A DNA stretch of 64,000 nucleotides from Camelus dromedarius. Lineage: Eukaryota. Numbering within the stretch: position 1 is the stretch's first letter; the number at the start of each line of letters is the position of its first letter. Position numbers and translations under genes: made by a program. The notes under the pieces were generated by a model. That model made no database searches and had not been told where the DNA came from. It worked only from the letters and a program-made list of their open reading frames with translations. The stretch is from NCBI RefSeq assembly GCF_036321535.1, contig NC_087437.1:60018001-60082000 (forward strand), in the 5' to 3' direction. Positions 14,681 to 28,125 of this stretch are shown in pieces.

Positions 14681-16725
14681 TCTGACTGCATGGACGGCTT
14701 CTCAAATAACGAAACATAAAATAAAAGGAAAGCTAACACATTGTTAGTATAGAGGACAAAGGTCTTGACACTGTTATCTGTCAACTTTCTTAGAATCAAA
14801 CTCTACCTTCATAACACTGTCATATTTTTATTTGAATAACTGCAACTAGCACCTGTGGCCAGAATACAGCTGCTGGATCCAACAAAAGAGATGTCGTCGT
14901 TTTTATCTCTTGGAATCATAGTAAAGCAGTACTGGTAATGCATCAGTGCTGTAATCATAGGGAAGATTACACACAATTTATACAATAGCTGATTGACAAG
15001 AAGAAATCTCCACAATAGTGTTCTACAATTGTGAGTGGTGGTTTGAATTAAACAGTTTTGTAATTTGTACAGACTTTTTTTATTGTCATCACTAGCTTTC
15101 TGCCATACTTAAAAGATTGCAGTTTTTTAAACATTGTGAGAGCAAAATTATTTCTTATAACTTTAAAAATGTTGGGCTCCTTTCAAGACATTCAGAAACA
15201 TATAGTCAATTATTTTTGCTAAAAATTATTTTTCTAATCAAATGTTTAGAAGTAAATTTCTTTGGTATATTTATTTCATATTTTATATAAAGAATTTTCT
15301 CTGGAAAGTAATAGAAGTTTTAGATATCAGACAACTTTCACATACAAGCTACCTTTCCAGCTCATTTTTCAAGTCAAAAATGACGTGTCAGTGGTTATGT
15401 CTTTTTAATCTTTTACAAAATAAAACACACATAAAAACAGAGAAGAGTGTATGATGCACTCCCACATACCTATCACCTAGTATCAACAATTATCAAAACT
15501 CTGTCATTCTTGTTTCATGTAATTCTTTTTTTTTGCTGATGCACTTTAAAGAAAACATCAGATGTTATTTTATTACTCTTTAATAGATAAGAAATTTTTA
15601 ATAGAACCTCTTTATCATTATCACACATTAACAATAATAATTCTCTAATAATATCTAATAACCATTAAACATTTGACTTTCCCAGACTATCTCAAAAATA
15701 TTTTTTACAATTGTGAATATTATATCATTTTGTACCAAACTGTGACACACGAAAATATTCTGCCTCAAAAGTTAATGTTTTATAACTATCCAAATTTGAA
15801 CATGCCATATCTTTATAAGAGCTTCCCACTATGTTTCTATGACAGTCCGCCAAAATCGTTAACATGATATACAAAATATTGCACGATTTGGCCGTTACCC
15901 AAATCAAGGCCTCAGGTATGACTGAGACCTCTCCTAGTTCCATAATAATCTAATATTTTCTTAATGGTAAGTTGCCCCAGTGAAAGATAATGGACTAAAA
16001 GAATTGAGAATGTACAGCCAGCTAAAGGTAATGAAAAAGCAATTCACTGCATAAACCTTAATTGGATGCTGAATTAAGGAAAAGAAACTACTTATAAAAA
16101 ACTGGCACAACTGGGAAAATCTGAACGTGTAATTACTGTTAGTGCTATAAATGTGGTTCTGAAGGAGAATGTCCTTATTTTTAGAAGATGCATACTGAAC
16201 CTTCAAATAGTTTTTTTTAAAAACATGTACATGCTGAGTGTATATGCATGCGTGTATACGTGTGTGATTGAAAGAGAGAGAGAGACAGGGGGAGCAAATG
16301 TACCAAAATATTAACAACCAGTGAATCTAGATCAGAGTTAGATAGGTATTCATTGTACTGTCCTTTCAACATTCCAGTAAAAGCCTGAACACTTTTAAAA
16401 TAAAAAGTTGTGGGGGACAGAAGGGAAAGGGTAAGAATGCATTGTCTCCTTTTCCCCATAATATGTCTATTTCTTAACTAACAGCACTTACTTTTGTAAA
16501 TAAAACTTCAATAATAATGGCCTCCCATTTCCCAGAGATAAAATAGGTTAATAGTTTATCAGATTTTTTAATATACAGCTTATGACATAGACAGTGTCAT
16601 GTTACACATTCTAAATTATATTCTACTTTTTCTTTTCACATAATGTATCATGGACACTACCCCTACAAATTGAGATCTATATCCTCTGTTATGAAAGGCA
16701 GAAGAGAGAAGAAGTTTGGATAGAG

Positions 16726-16821
16726 CAAGCGTTGGCAAAGCTTCCATAAAGAGCCAGATACTAAATATTAAGTTTTGAGGGCCAGACAGTCCCTGTTCCA
16801 CGTACTCAATTCTGCTGTTGT

Positions 16822-16852
<31 letters not shown>

Positions 16853-17000
16853 GCCACTGATAATATGTAAATAAATAAACATGGCTCTGTTCCAGTAAAA
16901 ATTTATGAACACTGAGATTTAAATTTTATATAATTTTCACTGTGTCATGAAATTATCTTTTGGTTTTTTTCAACTTTCAAAAACATAAAAACCTAATTCA
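16726..17000. mobile_element. MER58-like hAT-Charlie element with an expanded A-tract
   Basis: GTTGGCAAA...AAAGAGCCAGATACTAAATATT...TACTCAATTCTGCTGTTGTAGC...CATGGCTCTGTTCCAGTAAAA. Confidence 0.75.
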
Positions 17001-17582
17001 CAAGTAGAAATGACAACATAATTTGCAGGGACCAATGGGAAAAAATAAATGGGGCCTCTTGTTTAAAAATTAAGAATTGCAAAATAATGACAGCAGAGCA
17101 TTAAAACAAACACAGGGCAGCCTACATGACTACAAAGTTATATAAAGTACAGAGAATGGTCCTAGTATATATAAAGTGCTTTTTAAGAGTTAGCTATCAT
17201 TATATTTTAATAGCTAAACAGTATTCTACTTAACCAACACTGTACCTGCACAATTTTTCCTATAAATAGTCTGATAACTTTATCGGAAAAATATCCTTGT
17301 TCGTATAAGTTTGCACATTTTCCCTATTCCTTAGAAAAAATTCCTAAATGTTAAAGTACTGAATCAAAGCATACATATTTTTAAATTCTGAGATATTTTA
17401 CTATTTTGTCTTTCACAAAAGCTTTGTCAAACCACCCTCTTTCCAACAGTATGAGGACTGGTGCCCTATACCTTTCCTAGTAATGGGAACTGTCAAAATT
17501 GTCACTTCAGCTTTAAATACATAATCTTACTGCATCTTTATAATTTTCCTCAACATCATAGCCAAGGCCCTTTGGGCACAAC

Positions 17583-18033
17583 GTGTAGCAGATTATATTT
17601 TCCAAAGATGACCACACATCATCAACTGCAACATGACTTTGCCATTCCCCCATCAAAACACAGTCTATTTCTTCACTCTTTTACTGGGTGACTCCTGTGA
17701 CTGTCTTAACATAATACAATGTAAACGATGCTGTACCTGTTCTAGGCTTAGCCCTTAATTGGCCTGGTAGCTTAAATGCCCTCAAGGACGAGATGACATA
17801 TGGAGAGGACAGAAGGGTCACAGTGCACCAGGGCATCAGAATGTGAATGAAGAAGCCACTCACTGGAAGTGGATCTTTCAGCCTCAGCCGCCCACTTGTC
17901 TTAACATGGATCAGAGATGAACCATTCAAACCTTTCCAAACTCCTGACTCAAGAGTCATTAGCAAAATAAAATGGTTGTTTTAAGTCACTAAATTTTACT
18001 TGGCTTGTTACAGAGCAATAGATAACCAAAATA
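17583..18033 (+). mobile_element. MaLR LTR (older MLT1, G/H-like)
   Basis: TGTAGCAGATTATATTTTCCAAAGATG...AAAATAAAATGGTTGTTTTAAGTCACTAAATTTT...GCAATAGATAAC. Confidence 0.7.
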
Positions 18034-19709
18034 TGATTTAAAGTACAAACTGATAAAAATATTAAGATCATATATTTCCAAATCAACCTGTACTTCAAAG
18101 GTTATCTTAGAGAAACACACTTATTTCAATGATTGTTTATGAACAATCTTATGAACAATTCTTTTACAATCACTTAAGGAACCTTAGTTACATTTCTTTC
18201 AAATTTCTCATTCTGATTCAGGTTGTCCAGGAGCAACAGTTTAAAAAAAAAGCTGTTACAGACATTCTAAGTAAACAGTCAACTGAAAAATTAAGAGTTT
18301 ATCAAGGTGACAGAATATGAGATATTTAAATTTATTCCTATACAACTGCAATAAACACTAATTCTCTGAATAGTTCAGTTTGTGAATAACTATTTCCTTA
18401 TAAACCCCACATATATAAATATTCTGGCAGCCTAGAAATAGACTAGGCTCTCAAGAGTTGTAACAACTACTCAAGAGGACCTAAAATTTTTGGTTTGATT
18501 TAATTATTGTGTTGTGAAAGAAAAGTTAAACAACCCTAGCAGCTGTCGTATATTATTTACAGTTTTGCAAATTCATTAATAGTACAATAACAGAAAGATT
18601 CCCAAAATAAAAATAGTATGTTATGTGAAAATGAAGAATGCATGACTGTTTTGTGAACATAATTTTTGGCAATAGAAGTCTGTAGCCTAACTACTGTGTG
18701 CAAGGAATTATCCTGCTAGTGAAAGGAAACAAAGACACTGCTGGTCCCATACCAAAGAGTTTATAACCGAAAAGTGAATATGAGATAAGATCATATCAGT
18801 TTGTAAAGTAAAATTACAAAAGGCTACACTTCTGGGCCAATTCTACTTGACAGCTCCACAAAAGTAGAAATCAAGATTTTTTGCCAAAATCCTGCTCTTC
18901 CATTGCTTCCCCTTAGCAAACTATACCTCCATCCACTAAGTTGCTAAAGTCAAAAATGTAATTTTTTATTCTGTTCCTGACAAACAATTCAACAGCAATT
19001 CTTTTTCATTCTACTACAAAAATCATCTCCACCACCTCCTGAAGTCATCTCTTGCCTCACCTATCCTGATAACCAGTTTCCTGCAATGGCTTCCTTAACT
19101 GGTCTCTCTACATCCACTCTCACCCCTCTACTACCCATTTTCCAAATAGTAGTCAAAATATTTTTAAAATACAAGCCTTATCATTTCTCACTATTGCTAA
19201 AAGCTTTCTGATGGCTTCTACTGCACTAATCATAAAATCCAAACCTCTTACTATGGATGACTTATAAAGCCTAACAAGATCTGGTCCCTGCTTATCTCTC
19301 TTATCTCTCCTTATCTCCTCTTGCTCACTCTGCTCCAGCCCACATTGGCCTTTTAGTTCCTTGAAGATCTAGCTCCTTCCCATTTCAAGGCTTTTGATTC
19401 ATAAGCCTCTCCCTCCCCCTGGTTCCCATGTCACAAGTGATCAAACTCTGCATTATCAACAAGAAGACAACCAAACATCATGAGCCTCCTGATGTAAATG
19501 ACACAGTACATCATCACCAATGAATATTCTTGCCAAAAATGTTTAAATTCAATCTATCCAGAGGAAACAACCAGACAACTTTAGAATGTGAGAAATTCTC
19601 CAAGATAATTCATCTACACTCTTCAAAAAGTAAGTTAACATGAGGTTATTAATTATCATACTATCTATAATCCAGAAAAGTAGGGAATCATCGCTTCAAA
19701 AACAGGGAT

Positions 19710-19980
19710 AGAGAGATTGCCAAGATGGTGGAGTAGAAGGATGAAATTGGGAGTTCAGGATTGCAGATATTAACAACTATATATAAAACAGATAAACAAC
19801 AAGTTTATACTGCATAGCACAGGGAACTATATTCAATATTGTGTAGTAACCTACAATGAAAAAGAATATGAAAAGGAATATATGGACGTATATGTATGAC
19901 TGAAACATTATGCTGTACACCAGAAATTGGCACAACATTGTAAACTGAATATACTTCAATTAAAAAATTTATTTTAAAAA
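19710..19980 (+). mobile_element. Lineage-specific L1 3' tail preceded by an L1 5'-terminus-like motif
   Basis: CAAGATGGTGGAGTAGAAGGA joined directly to AAATTGGGAGTTC...ATACTTCAATTAAAAA. Confidence 0.75.
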
Positions 19981-20287
19981 AACACAGAGAAGCAACAAGT
20001 GTTTATCCCATAGCATCTTGATAGAACATATGATAACAACCATTTTGTTCAAACCATAAAACCTTCTTAGTGATAATGAAAATTTATAACATTATTAAAT
20101 AAAAAATAGCAAATACCAAAACTTTTGCACTATGATTTTAAGAAGGTAATAGTAAAATAATAAACATAGATGACATCTTTGGCAAAACTGCAACCCAGCT
20201 GAGATGAGCCTTTTTTGGAAGTTGCAATGGGGTGAATAAATTTTGCATGTGAGACAGAAGTGAATCTTTAGGAGCTAGAGGGTGGAA

Positions 20288-20750
20288 TGCGGTAAACAGA
20301 ATAATAGCCTCCCAAGGATGTGAACATCCTACTCCAGAACCTATGAAGAATATGTTAGGTTACACTGTATAGGTGAATTAAGACAGCATATAGAATTAAG
20401 GTTAATAATCACCTGACCTTCAGATGAAGAAATTATCCTGGAATTATCTGGGAAGCCCAATGTTATCACAGAGTCCTTATAAGTGAAAGAGGGAGAGTAT
20501 CACAGTCATTGCTGGCCTTGAAGACAGAAAGGGGTCCTGAATCAAGAAATATGGAACTGGAAAAGTCAAAAAATAATGATTCTCCTCTAGCCCCTCTAGA
20601 AAGGAATGCAGTCCTGCCAACACCTTGGTTTTAGCTGAATGAGAGCTATACTGAAACTCCGGCCCCTAGAACTGTAAGATAATAAATCTGTGTTGTTTTA
20701 AGCCACTAGATATGGGATAATTTGTTATAGCAGCAACAGGAAACTAACGA
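20288..20750 (+). mobile_element. MaLR LTR (MLT1D-like)
   Basis: CAGAATAATAGCCTCCCAAGGATGT...GAACTGTAAGATAATAAATCTGTGTTGTTTTAAGCCACTA...GCAGCAACAGGAAACTAA. Confidence 0.8.
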
Positions 20751-23700
20751 AGCTTACTCATTGACTGGACTAAAATGACCAGCTGGTACTCCTCTGTCTG
20801 CCTAACAAAGGAAAGTGTAAACCTTCTCTGGAGAAAGACAATACCATCCAGAGCATCTCCAATTTTTTCATATACAATGTACAGCATTAAATCAAAAACT
20901 GGGCCAACCAAAAGAAAGAACTAAACAACAAAAGAATACAAAACAATAGACCCACAGATGATCTAGATGTTGGTTTTATTAGGTACAGACTTTAAAATGG
21001 CAATAATTAATATGTTCATGAAACTAGAGAAAAGCCTTCAAGAACCTGTAAGAAACATATGAAAAGTTAGTAATTTTCACCAAAGAATAAAAATCTATAA
21101 AAAATAAATTTCCAAAAGTTAAAAAAAAAATACAATTGAAGAACTCCACAGATAGGTTTAACAGAAGTTAAATACAGCAGAAGATGAGGGAATACAGGTG
21201 AATAAAAATACCCCATTTCTCTACAAAGCAAAACATTTCAGAAAAGAACAAGAGACATGTAAGGACAGAGCAAAAAATTCTAATATATTCTTGTGGAACT
21301 GAGTCCCAAAAGAAGAGAAGTGAAGCAGAGGCAACTTTTAGAGATAATAGCCAGGAATTTTACAAACGGATGAAAGATACTCTACAAACCCTATACACTG
21401 AAGAAACCCTACAAGCTCCAAGTAGGATGAATAAAATAGAAACCACACCTACACATATTATGGTAAAACTGCTTGAAAACCACAGCCAAATAAAAATTCT
21501 TAAAAGCAGCCAGAGGAAAAAAGACATACTATCCTCAAAAGAGTAACAAAGACTAACAAATTTGTAACATAAATGATAAAAAATAAGAAACATAAACAAA
21601 AGACAATGAAATAACATTGTGCTTTAAAAAAAAAAAAAAAAAAGCCAACCTTCTATTCTATGCTTTGTGAAAATAGCCTTCAAACATCAAAGGAAAACAA
21701 AGGCTTTTTCAGGCAAATGGAAATGGCTCTTAGCCAGTAGATAAAACCTGAAAGAAATGCCAAAGTCATTTCAAATTAAATAATAAATGTGCTAGGAGTA
21801 TTTTAATTCATTTTATCCATGAAAAAACTGACCATAATCAATAAAATCTAGTCTTTTTATTTACATTAGTTTAAATACTTTGATTTAAAAATCCAGAGAG
21901 ATGGATTTTTAATTTATAATAAAGTTTCCCTATGAAGAGAAAACTAAAAGCAAAGTAAAACAACATATCACCAAATTTAAAACCATTAAAAAAAAGAACA
22001 GAAAAAGTTTTGTTTACTTAAAAATGAACACACTTCTAGCTAGAACTAAAAAAATCAAAATGGTTAGTCCCATAAACTTTAATTTTACATGAGTCAATTT
22101 AAAAAGTATACACAGATATCTAATTTTGTTAATGACTCTAAAATATATACAAAGTTAAATGCTTGATATTAACTGTCCTAGTGCCCATTCTCCATTGTCT
22201 GCTTTTGGTTAAATGTTTTACCATGTTTTACACTTCAATACGGAACTGTAACTTTTTAAGCAGTGAAAATTTATTTATTTAAATTTGAGTATGTCTGTGG
22301 CAACACAGAAAATACAAAAACTTTAAAGGGGAAAACTGACTAGCTTTCAATAAAGAATCCTGACATATTTCAGGTACAACTTAACTACAGTATCATAATG
22401 AAGTTAACTCCTACTATGAGAATTTCTTCATATGTTAATCCACCCAAATCTTTATAGAGTATTAACTTGCATTGCTTCTCATCTGTCTATTCCCCAAGTC
22501 CTTCTAGACGCAATTCAATGGAAATAGATTTCATGCAATCTCAAATAAACACTTAATATTTCCTCACAGTAGTTTTTTCCTCTATAATCTCAGTTCACTT
22601 ATTCTTTGCTCTCTCATGGCAGACTTAAATCCTTAAGGCACTGTGTCCTCAGTTGTTGCTTCCCCCTCCTATTCTTCTTTTACTCACTCTACCTTCTTAA
22701 ACACTCTACACATGAAATCTACATATGGCCCTATTTTAAAGATCTTTACTGCTCTCCTACAAAGTGGAGCATGTCTATCTACTTTTATTGTTTCATCACC
22801 CACAACATAGATGATTTTCATATTTACAAGTAACATGCAATCTTATGGTAGCTCACAGAGAAAAAAATGTGACAATGAATATATATATGTTTATGTATAA
22901 CTGAAAAATTGTGCTCTACACTGGAATTTGACACAAAATTGTAAAATGATTGTAAATCAATAAAAAATGTTTAAAAAAAAGTAACATGCCTAATCCTTTA
23001 TGCATTCTAGATGCTTCCAACCAATAGTTTATTTCCATATAGATATGCCAGCAACCTTAACTAAATCATCCAAGCATGTCTTCAAGGATACAAGAGGAAG
23101 AGGAATTAGCATTATTAAGTGGGTACTCCTCATCAACTTCTGTGAAAGGCATTCTGAATTCTCAGTAGTGCAGTATTATTCTCATTGACCCTGGGAAAAA
23201 CTAAGAAACCTGCCCAAGGTCTCACAACCAGTAAATGAAAAAGAAGTGAAACAGGTAATCAAACTCCCCACATACTTGGTCCATACTTACCACCCTAAAA
23301 GAGTATTCTCCAGTAGAAATTATGCTTTGCCTTGGTTGGTACACCACAGAAACCTCCAGTTAAATATCACAGATCAGATACACCCATTTATCTCCCTTTT
23401 CTCAAAATATCCAATTAAATAAGACAGAAGCAGGGGCGCTAATACACAAAGACAAAGAACAGAAGTGACAACAGTAGCAACACAATTCTGGAAAAGGAAA
23501 GGCAAATAAAAGAACAGTAATCCAGACCAGAAAAAGCCAAAACCTAAGTCTTCAAAATACACTGATGAAGCCAATTTCAAGCAAAAAGATTTACAATACA
23601 GAATCCTAAAATGGTTAAAGGCATGACGATGTCATTATGTCTCAAAACACATGGATGGCAGTGGGAGGAGGCAGGAGGCTGAAAATAGGATTAGTTGAAA

Positions 23701-24094
23701 TCTTATACTCATTCATAAGGAGCAATTAGACTCTTCAGATCACCAGTCCACTCCTCCATCCTGACATGACCACCTCTCCCCTGACAAAAGATGGGAGCTT
23801 TATTTTCTGTAAAGGATTACATAATCAAGTCAAAACTATTGAGTAAAACAGTGAAAAATTCCCCATGAAAGAAACTGCAGTGAGAAGTCCTTATCCCACA
23901 GCCCTTCTCCAGCCCCTTCCTTAGCTCAGCTCCCTGAAATCTAGCACTTAGGCTCTATCTACTAGGCAGAAGATGAAAAAGAAAAGACCTAAAGATACTG
24001 ACATTTCAGAGTGGTCCCAATGAAAATACCACCCTGCAGTGAAACCCTCCCAGTCAACAAACCATAACAAAATACACTATACTTCCAATAATTT

Positions 24095-25210
24095 TTTAAA
24101 ATATATTTTTATTGAAGTATACAATATTGCATCCATTTCTGGTGTACAACACAATGCTTTAGTCATATAGGAACATACATATATTCGTTTTCATATTCTC
24201 TTTCACTGTAAGTTACTGTAAGATATTGAATATAGTTCCCTATGCTATACAGTATAAATAAACTTGTTCATCTATTTTATATATATTAGTTAGTATCTGC
24301 AAATCTCGAACTCCCAATTTATTTCTTCCCACCCCCTTGCTCCCCTGGTATCTATAAACCATGAGTTTGTTTTCTACACCTGTGAGTCTGCTTCTGTTTT
24401 ATACATAAGTTCATTTGTTTTTTAAGATTCCACATATAAGTGGTATCATATGGTATTTTTCTTTCTCCTTCTGGCTTACTTCACTTTAGAATGACATTCT
24501 CCAGGTCCATCCATGTTGCTGCAAATGGCATTATTTTATTATTTTTTAGGGCTGAGTAGTATTCCATTGTATAAATATACCACTTCTTTATCCAGTCATC
24601 TGTTGATGGACATTTAGGTTGTTTCCATGTCTTGACTATTGTAAATAGTGCTGCTATGAACAGTGGAGTGCATATGTCTTTTTGAATTAAGGTTCCTTCT
24701 GGATATATGCCCAGGAGTGGGATTGCTGGATCATATGGTAAGTCTACTTTTAGTTTTTTTGAGGAACCTCCACATCGTTTTCCATAATGGCTGCAGCAAA
24801 CTACGTTCTCACCAACAGTGTAGGAGGGTTCCCTTTTCTCCACATTCTCTCCAGCATTTATTTTTCATGGACTTTTTGAATGATGGCCATTCTGACTGGT
24901 GTGAGGTGATACCTCAGTGTAGTTTTGATTTGCATTTCTCTGATAATTAGCGATATTCAGCATTTTTTCATGTGCCTATTGGCCATTTTTATATCTTCAT
25001 TGGAGAATTGCTTGTTTAGGTCTTCTGTCCATTTTTGGATTGGGTTGTTTGTTTTTTTCTTATTAAGTTGTATGAGCTGTTTATATATTCTGGAGATTAA
25101 GCCCTTGTCAGTCTCATCTTTTACAAATATTTTCTCCCATTCTGGAGGTTGTCTTTTTGTTTTGCTCATGGTTTCCTTTGCTGTGCAAAAGCTTCATTAG
25201 GTCTCATTTA
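24095..25210 (-). mobile_element. 5'-truncated younger L1 (ORF2 C-terminus plus 3' UTR), frameshifted, inserted into an older plus-strand L1 5'/ORF1 remnant (~23370-25560)
   Basis: ORF-track fragments [11 protein letters not shown]...NNPIQKW...ANRHMKKC and [14 protein letters not shown]...[22 protein letters not shown]...YTMEYYSA are L1 ORF2p C-terminal motifs, followed by the 3' UTR and a T-rich (poly-A) end. Confidence 0.92.
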
Positions 25211-25952
25211 TGTGAACAGAGAGCCAAGGATAAACAGAAACCCTTAAGGAACATTTCTAAAAGAAATCAGAGACCAAAACAAACAAACAACAACACCTGG
25301 AGGAAGGAGAGATAATTCAGAGAGAAAAAATTTTAACTATGACTAATTTCTTCAGATGTATAGGGGAAGCTCTTAAAGAATGGGTTGACATTAGAAAGGA
25401 ATATTCAGAGAGTAAGAAAGAATATTTGAAAACTAGGGTTAGAAAATAAGTTGGATAAATTATCCAGAAAGTAGGACAAAAAGGCAAAGAAATAGAAAAG
25501 GGGAGAAAAAAGAAAATTTGAGGATTCATTCAAAATATGAATATAAAAATAACAGATGAAAACAAGATACCAATACACACTATTAGAATGGCCAAACTCC
25601 AGAGTAGTACTGACAATATCAAATGCTGGTAAGAAGGTATAGCAACAGGAAGTCCCAATCATTGCTCTTGGGAATGCAACTGGCACAGCCACTTTGGAAG
25701 ATTTTCTTATAAGAAACCCCCAAACTTATATGTTTAGTTACAAAACTAAGCATACCCTTACCATACATACCATACAATCCAGCAATTGTGCTCCTTGGTA
25801 TTTACCTAAATGAGTGGAAAACTTATGTCCACACAAAAACCTGCACCCAGATGTATATAACATCTTTACTCATAATTACCAAAACTTAGAGGCAACCAAG
25901 ATGTCCTTCTGTAGGTGAATGTATAAACAAACTGTGGTACATCCTGACAATG

Positions 25953-28125
25953 GTCTTGTATTCTGCGGCCTTGCTGAACTTAGTAGTTCTAATTGATTTC
26001 TGTGCATTCCTTAATATTTTCTATATACAAGATAGAGTCAGCCCTCCATACCCTTGGATGCAGAATCCACAGATACAAAAGGCTGACTGCACTACACTGC
26101 TTTATATAAGGAACTTGAACATCCACAGATTTTGATGTCTGCAGGGGTCCTGGAACCAATTCTTATGGAGACCTGTATACAATCTAAAAGTAGAGATGGA
26201 TTTACTACTTCTTTTCTATATGGGTGCCTTTTTTTTCCCTTTACTTGCCTAACTGCTCTGGCTACAACCTCCACTACATTGTTCAACAGAAGTGGGAAGA
26301 AAAGACTTCTGTTTCCTGATCTTACGGGAAAACTTTTAGTCTTTCACCATTCAGTATGATATTAGCTGAGAGTGTTTTACAGATGTCCTTTATCAAGTTG
26401 GGGAAGTTCTCTATTCCTAGTTTATTGACTGTTTTCATCATGCAACTGTTGGATTTTGTCTAATGCTTTCTCTGCATCTATTAAGATGACTATGTTTTAT
26501 ACTTTGTTCTATTAATATGGTTTACTACATTGATTGATGCATTCCTGGGATAAATTCCACTTGGTCATGGTGTACAATCCTTTCTCTATGTTGCTATAGT
26601 CGGTTTGCTAATATTTTGCTAAGGATTTTTGCACTTACATTCATAAGGGATATTGGCCTGTAGTTTTCTTGTGATATCTTTATCTGATCTTGGTAGCAGG
26701 GTAATACTGGTCTCATAGAATCAGCTGGGAAGTGACACTTCCTTTTCCATTTCTCGGCAGCTTTTATGAAGGACTGTTGTTAATTCACCTTTAAATATAT
26801 GATAGAATTCATCTCTGAAGCCATCTTGGCCTGGGCTTTTCCTTTGGGGAAGCTTTTTGATTACTAATTCAATCTCTATTTTTTCTGTCTATTCAGATTT
26901 TCTATTTCTTCTTGAGTAATTTTCAGTAGTTTGTGTCTTTCTAAGAATATATACATTTCATCTAGCTTAACTAATTTACTAATTAAGTTAGTCTAAGAAT
27001 TCTTCATAACAGTCTCTTATAATCTCTCATTTCTGTAAGACAGATGTCCCCTCTTTCAGTCCTGAATCTAGTAATTTGAATCTCCTTTTTTTCTTGGTCT
27101 AGGCTAAAGGTTTGTCAGCTTTGTTGATCTTTATGAATAACCAACTTTTGGTTTCGCTGATTTTTCTCTATTGTTCTTCTATTCTCCATTTTCATTTATT
27201 TCTGGTCTAGTCTTTTTTATTTCCTCCCTTTCCCTTCTTTGAGATTAGTTTTTCTTCTTTTTCTAGTTTCTCAAGATGGAAGGTTAGATCACTGATTTTG
27301 AGATTTTTCTTCCTTTTTAATATAGGTGTTTCTAGGTGGAAAGTTCCCTCTAAGCACTGCTTTAGCTGCTTCCCATAAGTTTGGTATGTTATATTTTGTT
27401 TTCATTTGTCTGAAAGTATCTCATTTCCCTGTAATTTCTTCTTTGATCCACTGGTTATTTAGGAATGTGCTCCTTAATTTCCACATCTTGTGAATTTTTC
27501 AGATTTCTTTCTGTCATTAACTTCTAACTTCATTCCATAATGGTCAAAGAATATATTTTATATGATTTCAGTTCTTTTAAATTTATTTAAGCTCATTTAA
27601 TACCTTAATATATGGTCTGTGCTAGAAAATGTTCTGTGTGTACTGGAGAAGAATATTAATTCTGCTATTACTGTGTGAAGTGTTCTATAGATATCTACTA
27701 AGTCTTGTTTAGTGTATAATGTTGTTCACATCTTCTGTTTCCTTAGTGACCAACTGTCTAGTTGCTTTACGCATAACTGGAAGTATTTGTCTGTGACTAT
27801 TATTGTTGGATTTTCTATTTCTCCCTTCAATTCTGTCAGTTTTCCTTCACATATTTTGGGGCTTTGCTAAGTGCATATGTTTATAAGTGTTTCTTCCTAA
27901 TGGACTGACCCTTTTATCATTATAAAATGTCCTTTATCTTTGGTAATTTTTGTCTTAAAGTCTATTTTATCTGCTATTAGCATAGCCATTCCAGTTCTCT
28001 TGAGTACTGCTTGCACGGCTTATCTTTTTCTATCCTTCTATTTTCAACCTGTGTCTTTGAATCTAAAGTTGTCATTTTGAAAAAAAAGAAAAAAGTATGT
28101 CTCTTATAAACAGCATATAGTTATA
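25953..28125 (-). mobile_element. Old L1 ORF2 (endonuclease/RT region) remnant
   Basis: T-rich decayed ORF2 antisense motifs: GGGATAAATTCCACTTGGTCATGG, GCCATCTTGGCCTGGGCTTTT, TTCCCTCTAAGCACTGCTTTAGCTG. Confidence 0.85.
26034..26176. mobile_element. MER2-like TcMar-Tigger MITE nested in L1
   Basis: AGTCAGCCCTCCATA...GAACTTGAACATCCACAGATTTTG...GGGGTCCTGGAACCAAT...CTGTA. Confidence 0.65.

Noticed and set aside
24481..25200. ORFs with reverse-transcriptase-protein C-terminal similarity
   Set aside because: Frameshifted, 5'-truncated L1 ORF2 remnant that cannot encode a functional protein.
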